DNA of 64,000 nt, from the IMG/VR virus record IMGVR_UViG_3300025759_000058, one strand, 5' to 3'. The notes under the pieces are model-generated. The model was given only the letters and a program-made list of their open reading frames with translations. It made no database searches and was not told the DNA's origin. This DNA is from a virus. Position numbers and translations under genes: made by a program. This document shows, piece after piece, positions 8,620-15,806 of this stretch. The stretch's first letter is position 1; every line of letters begins with the position of its first letter.

Positions 8620-8693
8620 GGGGACGTAGCTCAATTGGTTAGAGCATCAAGCTTATATCTTGAAGGTCGTAGGTTCAATTCCTACCGTCCCTA
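8620..8693 (+). tRNA. tRNA-Ile(UAU)
   Basis: GGGGACG/CGTCCCT acceptor, discriminator A; TCAAG-CTTATAT-CTTGA gives anticodon TAT. Confidence 0.9.
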
Positions 8694-8697
8694 CACT

Positions 8698-8855
8698 AGT
8701 TGTGTGAGTTGGTTAGGTAGCAGCACAACACCTGGTCGGAGGCTAACCTCTCACGGACCGAGGAAATACTACTTAAGTGTAGCGTTTAGATTATTTTGTA
8801 CGAAACAAATATCCAGTTGGTAGTCTGACACTACAAGTGCCCCTTCAGGGGTGCG
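8698..8855 (+). ncRNA. Candidate structured non-coding RNA between tRNA-Ile and tRNA-Asn
   Basis: Helices GTTGTGT/GCACAAC, GGTTAG/CTAACC, GTGAG/CTCAC, TTAGATTA/TAGTCTGA, GTAG/CTAC and a CCC-TTCA-GGG hairpin. Confidence 0.4.
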
Positions 8856-8860
8856 GATCT

Positions 8861-8934
8861 GATCTCTTAGCTCAGTTGGTTAGAGCATCTGACTGTTAAT
8901 CAGAGGGTCCTGGGTTCGAGCCCCAGAGAGATCG
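8861..8934 (+). tRNA. tRNA-Asn(GUU)
   Basis: GATCTCT/AGAGATC acceptor, G73; TCTGA-CTGTTAA-TCAGA. Confidence 0.93.
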
Positions 8935-8950
8935 CCTGAAGACTGCGTAC

Positions 8951-9025
8951 GCAGTATATAGCTCAATTGGTTAGAGCACTGGTTTGTGGTACCAGAGGTT
9001 ATCAGTTCGATTCTGATTATACTGC
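8951..9025 (+). tRNA. tRNA-His(GUG) with encoded G-1
   Basis: G-CAGTATA/TATACTG-C 8-bp acceptor; CTGGT-TTGTGGT-ACCAG. Confidence 0.92.
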
Positions 9026-9064
9026 CATATTTTATTATAAGTAAACTGTTGAAAAGATGAATGA

Positions 9065-9304
9065 ATGCAATACCAATATGATCCTGCCTTTAAGGATAAC
9101 CCTTATTTAACAACATACCCCAGTATAGGAGATGAAGTAGACATAGTAATTGATGATATTGGATATGATCACCAATGTGATAAACCAAATCCACCCCCTT
9201 GGTGTCCTAATGCTAATGTCCCTTTAGAAGTAAGCCCACTAGGCTTGATTTTATCAATGGCGTTTGGCATATTATTATTAAAAATGAAAACTAATGTTAC
9301 TTAA
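9065..9304 (+). CDS. Small protein with a C-terminal membrane anchor (PID-CTERM-like)
   Basis: PPPW...VPLE followed by a hydrophobic helix and a basic tail. Confidence 0.4.
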   Translation: MQYQYDPAFKDNPYLTTYPSIGDEVDIVIDDIGYDHQCDKPNPPPWCPNANVPLEVSPLGLILSMAFGILLLKMKTNVT

Positions 9305-9368
9305 ATTTGCAATGTTAATATTGTTTGTATGGACAATTCAAAATTTACCATTCTAAAATCTATAAAAA

Positions 9369-9581
9369 ATGAAAAAGTTATTTTTAACACTAACAGTAGT
9401 AGGCCTCGTAGCTTGTAATTCTACTGAACAACCTATTATTATTCAGCCATGCTGCGACACGGCAGATCAAGTTGATGTACATCCTACTGATTCAAATGGC
9501 ATTTCGACTGAAATTGATTCGCTAAAAGAAGTAAATGAATTATTAGAGTATCTAGAGTCTATTCCAGCGACTCATAGATAA
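9369..9581 (+). CDS. Lipoprotein
   Basis: MKKLFLTLTVVGLVAC lipobox. Confidence 0.7.
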   Translation: MKKLFLTLTVVGLVACNSTEQPIIIQPCCDTADQVDVHPTDSNGISTEIDSLKEVNELLEYLESIPATHR

Positions 9582-9605
9582 ATTTTAAAAAAAGTTACAT
9601 AAAGG

Positions 9606-9637
9606 CTTGGATTCGAAATAGTTATTTCTTATCTTTA
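9606..9637 (+). promoter_or_regulatory. Early promoter (-33/-7)
   Basis: CTTGGATTC...TATCTTTA, with an ATG 3 nt downstream. Confidence 0.75.
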
Positions 9638-9640
9638 GAT

Positions 9641-9991
9641 ATGAAGAAAAATAAAACGCCCAAGTTGATGTACGGAATTAAGATTACGACGCCATGGAGC
9701 CCGGAGATGTATGAGCACAATGAACAGGTACGTAAGCGTGTAATTGTTAATCTTAAAGAGGCATTAGATCTTGCAAAGAATAGTAAATCAACAGAGGATG
9801 TAAAACGGCTTGCAAAAGAAATTGCGGGGTATGGACACGGTCATGGATTTGGCATTGATGAGATTTATAACGATGCCGTTGCTCAATTAGATACCGTTCC
9901 CAATTATTGGTTGAACGAAGTGTATTTGCAGTTAGTATGCGATGCATATGTACCAGAGGTCCAGCCTTTCTTCGTCGGTTATGATAAATAA
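9641..9991 (+). CDS. Hypothetical early protein
   Basis: 116 aa ORF directly after the promoter. Confidence 0.7.
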   Translation: MKKNKTPKLMYGIKITTPWSPEMYEHNEQVRKRVIVNLKEALDLAKNSKSTEDVKRLAKEIAGYGHGHGFGIDEIYNDAVAQLDTVPNYWLNEVYLQLVCDAYVPEVQPFFVGYDK

Positions 9992-10009
9992 AAAAAAGTT
10001 ATCAGAGCA

Positions 10010-10041
10010 TTAGGATTCAAAGAAGAAAGTTCTTATCTTTA
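10010..10041 (+). promoter_or_regulatory. Early promoter (-33/-7)
   Basis: TTAGGATTC...TATCTTTA. Confidence 0.75.
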
Positions 10042-10075
10042 AGAGAGAGTTAATTAATCACCTAAATTATTTAAT

Positions 10076-11236
10076 ATGCGTAAGTATAATTATTACCGAG
10101 TAGTAGCCGACGACGTTAATGGTTTGGTTTTGATCGACAGTGACGATCGAGTAATCAAATCACATAGTTGTCGTGATATTATGATGGAAAAGGCGTATGC
10201 TGAGGATCAATGTCTTCGCCATGATATGGATGAAGACCGATGGATGCGGCGTCCGAAGAGCGAGTGGGAGAGTGAACTTAAATCAAAAGTAAATGCCATG
10301 CATGAGCAACCAATTGAAGCCGATCCAGTATTGAACTTTATTCATAATGAAGCTGTAGGATTGCGTCCCGAGACATTGATCATGTCAGACTTGAAATGGA
10401 AGTATTTAGTCCGATCTGCAGTACGTGGCAAGAACATTATGATGACCGGCCCTGCGGGTTGTGGTAAAACGATGGCCGCTAAGCAACTAGTGAATGCATT
10501 GGATCGTCCGGATTATTATTTTAATCTTGGCGCGACACAAGATCCTCGAGGGACATTGATTGGTAACACCCACTTCAAGAAAGATGAAGGGACATTGTTT
10601 TCAGAATCGATGTTTGTAAAGGCAATCCAACAAGAAGATGCAGTGATTTTGCTTGATGAGATTAGCCGGGCACACCCAGAGGCTTGGAATATTTTGATGA
10701 CAGTGCTTGATCAAGGTCAGCGGTACCTGCGATTAGATGAACATCCGGATTCGCCAACCATCAAAGTGGCAAAGGGTGTGACGTTTATTGCTACTGCAAA
10801 TATCGGTAATGAATATACGGCGACCAGGGCAATGGACCGAGCGTTAGTTGATCGTTTCGTAATTATTGAAATGGATACATTGACTATGGAACAAGAATCG
10901 GCATTGCTGAAGATGTTGCATCCGCGCTTAGATCAGAGCCATGCAGATAACATTGCAGAAATTGCATCAATGACCAGACGAGAAGTACGTAGTGAGTCAC
11001 CTCGGATCAGCAATTCATTGAGTACACGTATTAGTGTAGAGATGGCCGGATTGATGGAGGATGGATTTTCATTAGCCGAATCGGCAGAGGTATGTGTCTA
11101 TCCATTCTTTGATGAAGAAGGAGGTGTAGATTCAGAACGTACATATATCAAGCAAATTGTTCAGAAGTATGCTGATACCAATGCTGAAGAAGATATCTTC
11201 AATACACAGGCAGAGACAGCAAATAATCCATTCTAA
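10076..11236 (+). CDS. MoxR-family (CbbQ/NirQ/CobS-like) AAA+ ATPase
   Basis: Walker A GPAGCGKT, Walker B ILLDEISR, ATAN sensor and DRALVDRF arginine finger. Confidence 0.9.
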   Translation: MRKYNYYRVVADDVNGLVLIDSDDRVIKSHSCRDIMMEKAYAEDQCLRHDMDEDRWMRRPKSEWESELKSKVNAMHEQPIEADPVLNFIHNEAVGLRPETLIMSDLKWKYLVRSAVRGKNIMMTGPAGCGKTMAAKQLVNALDRPDYYFNLGATQDPRGTLIGNTHFKKDEGTLFSESMFVKAIQQEDAVILLDEISRAHPEAWNILMTVLDQGQRYLRLDEHPDSPTIKVAKGVTFIATANIGNEYTATRAMDRALVDRFVIIEMDTLTMEQESALLKMLHPRLDQSHADNIAEIASMTRREVRSESPRISNSLSTRISVEMAGLMEDGFSLAESAEVCVYPFFDEEGGVDSERTYIKQIVQKYADTNAEEDIFNTQAETANNPF

Positions 11237-11246
11237 TTTAGGTGAT

Positions 11247-11280
11247 GGGGCAGCGGGTAATGCCGGCCCCTTTTTTATTT
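11247..11280 (+). terminator. Intrinsic terminator
   Basis: GGGGC...GCCCC hairpin followed by a T-run. Confidence 0.7.
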
Positions 11281-11286
11281 TTAATC

Positions 11287-11712
11287 ATGCAAATTGATAG
11301 ATATACTGATAAAGGGTTTATACGTTACGCGGAAATGCGGTCTGATGAAACTGGTAAATATCGACAAGGAATTGTAGTTAATAAACTTCTCACAAATATG
11401 GACTGTCCCGGTGTCTATGTATTATGTAACTGTACGGATGGGTCCGTTGAGAAGATTGGCGAGACGGCCGATTTCGAAGCACGTATGCGTATGTATGTAT
11501 CAATAGTTAATACTACAAACAATAGAGTACGTAATCAAGTCAAATTCAGCGGCCTAGACGTATATGTTTATCCAACACCTGTAGTATCTGAAATCGTCAT
11601 GGGGCATAAATGTTTAACTAGCTTTCAGAAGGATTTAGAGAAATATTTATTGATGGAGTTCAGGAAAGAAAATGACGGCCGGTTACCATTACTTAATGCA
11701 TGTAATCGGTAA
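11287..11712 (+). CDS. GIY-YIG nuclease-like protein
   Basis: PGVYVL...EKIGETADFEARMRMY...LEKYLL...PLLN. Confidence 0.6.
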   Translation: MQIDRYTDKGFIRYAEMRSDETGKYRQGIVVNKLLTNMDCPGVYVLCNCTDGSVEKIGETADFEARMRMYVSIVNTTNNRVRNQVKFSGLDVYVYPTPVVSEIVMGHKCLTSFQKDLEKYLLMEFRKENDGRLPLLNACNR

Positions 11713-11729
11713 ACTTTTTTTACAAAAGA

Positions 11730-11761
11730 TTAGGTTTCGAAATAGTTATTTCTTATCTTTA
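11730..11761 (+). promoter_or_regulatory. Early promoter (-33/-7)
   Basis: TTAGGTTTC...TATCTTTA. Confidence 0.75.
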
Positions 11762-11764
11762 GAT

Positions 11765-13822
11765 ATGAAGAAAAAGGTAAATAAAATGTCAAAGAGTGCT
11801 TCAAGCTTTTGGTTGGATGAAGATTTTCTTGATAATCATGGTCAGGATAAAAAAGGAAAGGATCCAATCAAATTGGCAGCATATCGTAAAGCAGTTGCAA
11901 ACTTTGTACGTATTGTAACGGGTGAGGATATTAAGGTTAAGTTTACGCAGAACGGTAAAAGTTATACGGACGGCAAAGCTGTTACTATTTCGGCTACATT
12001 AGATGATAAGAAATTTGATTCGGCTGTAGGTTTAGCTTTGCATGAGGGTTCGCATATCAAATTGACGGATTTTAATGTCGTGCGTATGATAGATGATTTC
12101 ATCCAACGTAAGGACGATTATGTGTTGGAGTATAAGCAAAAATATCAGTTAGAAGATCGATGGATGGTTAGTAACAAAATTGGTGTAACGTTACGTGATC
12201 TTCTTAATATCGTCGAAGACCGACGTATCGACAACTTTGTATATAAGTCAGCTCCCGGCTACCGCGGGTATTATCAAGCATTGTATGATAAATATTTTAA
12301 TTCAACCATTATTGATAAAGGTCTTGAATCGGACGAGTATCGTACAGAGGAGTGGGAGTCGTATATGTTCCGTATTATTAATATTACCAATCCTAAACGA
12401 GATTTAAATGCATTGAAGAGTCTTCGTACGGTATGGGATATAATGGATCTTGCAAATGTCGATCGACTTAAAAGCACGGCCGATGCATTGAATGTTGCAT
12501 GGGAGATCTTTAAAGCCGTTGAAGAATCAATTGAAGTAGTAGAAAATAAAGCTTCAGATAGCCAGCCAGATTCGGATCAGATACAAGAACAGCAATCCTA
12601 TGGCAACTCGGCAGGCACCGGAACGTCCGGAACTTCAAATGAAGATGATACTGAAGATGGTGATGATGATGGAGAATCGGCTGATGGTAGTGAAGTAGAA
12701 GCATCGCCAGGTAATATTAACGGAGGGTCTATGCCAGATGTTGAGCTTGAGCCTTTAAGTGCTAAAGAACATGATCGTCTGCAACGAGCAATTCATCAGC
12801 AAAAAGATTTTCTGAATGGTCATCTTAAGAAGACCGGTCTTAGTAAAAAGAATCTACGTGAAGTAGAAGCTTTGGAAGCAGCGTCAGTTGACGAGCGAGA
12901 AGTTTCATATACGAAGCAGTCTTATTACGGCGATACAATTCAAAAGCAAAAGGTTGTTGTCATTAAAGATATTTCAAAAGAAATGATTGATAACCTAAGA
13001 TGCGATATGTGGTCTGAATGGGGAGTAAATGATCGTCTTGAATGGGTGAATGAAGGTATCATATTTGGTACTGCATTGGGTAAGAAGTTGAAAGTGCGTG
13101 ATGATGAGAAGTCGACTAAATACAATCGTCTTCGTTCCGGCCGAATTGATAAGCGAATGATTGCAGCTGCAGGTTATGGTGCCGAAGGTATCTTTGAGAA
13201 GATTGAGACATTTGCATATCGCCCGGGCATGATTCATATTTCAATTGACAATAGCGGATCGATGAGCGGCCATAAATTCCGTAAAACAATTGTGAGTGCA
13301 ACTGCAATTGCAAAGGCTTGTAGTATGATTGATAATATGGAATGTGTTATTAGTTTTCGATCGACAGCAACGATCGGTGATCAAAGTTATCATCAGGCAT
13401 TACCGACGATTGTTATTGCATATGATAGTCGCCGAGATAGCATCATGAAGATGCGAACCATTATGCCATTCATGAATGTATGTGGCGGCACGCCAGAAGG
13501 CCTATGTTTTGATGCCGTTATGAAAGAAATTCTTGACGGTTCAAATGGTAAAGATGCATATTTTGTTAACTTCTCCGATGGTCAGCCATATTGTGGTAAC
13601 TACCATGGTGTAGCCGCATATACACATACCAAGAAGCAAGTTGATAAGATGGTTAATAATAATATCAAAGTTATTAGCTATTTTATTACAGAGAGCCGTT
13701 CATCATACGGCCACGATGAGGATGTATTTAAAACAATGTATGGTAAAGATGCATCATTCATCGATGTAACAAAAATGCGTGAAGTTGCCGGCAGTATTAA
13801 TAAGAAGTTTTTGCAAGTATAA
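11765..13822 (+). CDS. vWA-domain protein with an N-terminal HExxH module (CobT/NorD-like MoxR partner)
   Basis: LHEGSH and NIVEDRRID, an acidic linker, MIDAS DNSGSM, GGTP and FSDGQP. Start is 11765 or 11786. Confidence 0.85.
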   Translation: MKKKVNKMSKSASSFWLDEDFLDNHGQDKKGKDPIKLAAYRKAVANFVRIVTGEDIKVKFTQNGKSYTDGKAVTISATLDDKKFDSAVGLALHEGSHIKLTDFNVVRMIDDFIQRKDDYVLEYKQKYQLEDRWMVSNKIGVTLRDLLNIVEDRRIDNFVYKSAPGYRGYYQALYDKYFNSTIIDKGLESDEYRTEEWESYMFRIINITNPKRDLNALKSLRTVWDIMDLANVDRLKSTADALNVAWEIFKAVEESIEVVENKASDSQPDSDQIQEQQSYGNSAGTGTSGTSNEDDTEDGDDDGESADGSEVEASPGNINGGSMPDVELEPLSAKEHDRLQRAIHQQKDFLNGHLKKTGLSKKNLREVEALEAASVDEREVSYTKQSYYGDTIQKQKVVVIKDISKEMIDNLRCDMWSEWGVNDRLEWVNEGIIFGTALGKKLKVRDDEKSTKYNRLRSGRIDKRMIAAAGYGAEGIFEKIETFAYRPGMIHISIDNSGSMSGHKFRKTIVSATAIAKACSMIDNMECVISFRSTATIGDQSYHQALPTIVIAYDSRRDSIMKMRTIMPFMNVCGGTPEGLCFDAVMKEILDGSNGKDAYFVNFSDGQPYCGNYHGVAAYTHTKKQVDKMVNNNIKVISYFITESRSSYGHDEDVFKTMYGKDASFIDVTKMREVAGSINKKFLQV

Positions 13823-13844
13823 TATTTAATAAAGGAAGAAGGTT

Positions 13845-14063
13845 ATGTATAGACTAACAGTACACATCGAAGGCGTTAAGCACGTAAACCGAGAAGTAAA
13901 AGTCGGTAAAGAAAAGAAGTCAAAGTCTTTCATCTATAACACGATCAGCATCAGAAACATTCCTAGTATGTTTGAGGTCAATCGTAGATTGGCGGATATG
14001 CGCGATCGATATACTATCAAACAAAAGAATGGCAAAGAATTGTATAACATAGTTCTGCAATAA
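13845..14063 (+). CDS. Hypothetical protein
   Basis: 72 aa ORF. Confidence 0.6.
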   Translation: MYRLTVHIEGVKHVNREVKVGKEKKSKSFIYNTISIRNIPSMFEVNRRLADMRDRYTIKQKNGKELYNIVLQ

Positions 14064-14100
14064 TTTGTTTTGTTGAATAAGTTTTATTATAATAGAGGTT

Positions 14101-14751
14101 ATGAAAGTAGAATTAATTAACAAGACGCCAGATGCTGAAATGCATATTGTGGAGGTTGCACGTGTATCTAGTTCACGTACGGATAAGAAAGATAAACCGG
14201 AAGGCCTTTTATCATACTTGGTACGTCACAAGCACTGGTCACCGTTCGAGCACAGTTATGCGACGTTCGAGATTGAAACTTCCAAAGCCATCGGTATCCA
14301 GCTCATCCGTCACCGTTCATTCACTTTTCAAGAGTTTAGTCAACGATATCAAGATGTTAATCATTTGGGAGATATCTTCGAAGCCGTTGAGTTACGGTCG
14401 CAGGCAAAAGATAATAGACAAAGTTCAGTCGATGTGATTGATCCTAGGATTGACTTTAAGTATCCTGAAATAGCCGCATCCGCTGCGATAAACAGTCACC
14501 TCAAAGATGTCCATGAGTTATATGATAAACTTTTAAATGCTGGCGTAGCGCGCGAAACGGCACGAATGATTTTGCCTCTATGTACTAAGACAAAAATTCA
14601 TATGACAGGCTCATTGAGATCATGGATACATTTCTTAGAGCTACGAGATGATCCTCATGCACAGAAAGAGATTCAAGAGATTGCAAAAGAGGTTAAGCGG
14701 CAGTTTGCAGATAACTTTCCTATCATCAGTAAAGCATTAGGTTATAAATGA
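14101..14751 (+). CDS. thyX: FAD-dependent thymidylate synthase
   Basis: HWSPFEH, QLIRHRSFTFQEFSQRY, ARMILP and HAQKEIQ. Confidence 0.95.
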   Translation: MKVELINKTPDAEMHIVEVARVSSSRTDKKDKPEGLLSYLVRHKHWSPFEHSYATFEIETSKAIGIQLIRHRSFTFQEFSQRYQDVNHLGDIFEAVELRSQAKDNRQSSVDVIDPRIDFKYPEIAASAAINSHLKDVHELYDKLLNAGVARETARMILPLCTKTKIHMTGSLRSWIHFLELRDDPHAQKEIQEIAKEVKRQFADNFPIISKALGYK

Positions 14752-14999
14752 TTGAAGTATTTGGATGGTTATGTACCATCATTATATTAGCCGGTTTCGT
14801 ATTAAATAGCTATGGTAGATTATATCCGGCACTGATAACATGGATTGTAGGTGATATTGGCTGGATAGTCTATGATGTATTTATTGATAACATATCACAT
14901 CTAGCTTTATCAATGGCTATCATTGGTATCAATGTATTCGGTATCGTCAATCTATTAAAAAAGAAACGCAATGAAGATCGCCGTTTGGATGAACACTAA
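14748..14999 (+). CDS. Small three-TM membrane protein (PnuC/PQ-loop-like)
   Basis: Three hydrophobic helices and a W..GD..W motif. Confidence 0.4.
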   Translation: MIEVFGWLCTIIILAGFVLNSYGRLYPALITWIVGDIGWIVYDVFIDNISHLALSMAIIGINVFGIVNLLKKKRNEDRRLDEH

Positions 15000-15195
15000 A
15001 GATTTGTCTAAAGCAGATCGTGGTGAGTATGTACCATTCTATCATACAAAGCCATCATATCCAGTAACAGCTGTATTTGCTCAAGTACAACTTACATATG
15101 ATGAATACGTATATTTGAATGACAATAAACCAAAAGATGTTAGCCACGTTAATAATTACGACTACGGCGACGTATATGGAGATACAGACTATTGA
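14971..15195 (+). CDS. Hypothetical protein
   Basis: 74 aa; resembles the next ORF (V/I-W-x-x...V.L/VTYD). Confidence 0.55.
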   Translation: MKIAVWMNTKDLSKADRGEYVPFYHTKPSYPVTAVFAQVQLTYDEYVYLNDNKPKDVSHVNNYDYGDVYGDTDY

Positions 15196-15383
15196 AACCA
15201 GTAGTCCAAATATGGATCCATGAATCAGCACTGGCTCAAATAGAACGTGGCAACTTTCCTAGTAGTATATGGACCAGAGACCCAGGCAAAGAGAACGTTA
15301 TTTGTATCAATGTAACATATGATTGGTTCAGGTCAATGCGTGAGTATGAACTTAAACTAAAACAAAACGATTTACCATTTTAA
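15192..15383 (+). CDS. Hypothetical protein
   Basis: 63 aa, TTG start, coupled to its neighbours. Confidence 0.55.
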   Translation: MKPVVQIWIHESALAQIERGNFPSSIWTRDPGKENVICINVTYDWFRSMREYELKLKQNDLPF

Positions 15384-15769
15384 TGCAACTAATAACAACA
15401 CATCCTGTAAAGAAATCAGATTTAGGTTTCCATGGAAATCTATTTGGTGGTAAGCTACTGGCATGGATAGATGCCGCGGCTGCCGCATATGCCTCGGAGG
15501 TATGTGATTCACCTAGGATGGTTACTGTTGCAATAGAAAGATGTAACTTTAGACGGCCTGCTAAAGAAGGCCAAATGATAAAAATATATGGCGATGTTGA
15601 CTCTATAGGAACTAGTAGTATTACTTTACGGCTAGAGGCTAGAACACATAATGTCTACAACGGCAATCAGAATATCGTATTGAATACTAAAATTGTATTC
15701 GTACGTATTGATGAACAAGGCGATGCGATTCCAATATCAGATCGCGTACGTAATAAGTTTGAATCTTAA
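15383..15769 (+). CDS. Acyl-CoA thioesterase (hotdog fold, YciA-like)
   Basis: DLGFHGNLFGGKLLAWIDAAA...VTV...F..P...G...VFVRIDEQG. Confidence 0.85.
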   Translation: MQLITTHPVKKSDLGFHGNLFGGKLLAWIDAAAAAYASEVCDSPRMVTVAIERCNFRRPAKEGQMIKIYGDVDSIGTSSITLRLEARTHNVYNGNQNIVLNTKIVFVRIDEQGDAIPISDRVRNKFES

Positions 15770-15806
15770 CCAAATATAATTTTTAAAAACCTTAAAGGAG
15801 AAAACA

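Noticed and set aside
8183-8823. ORF 8605..8823 and the 5' part of ORF 8183..8464
   Set aside because: They overlap clear tRNA genes.
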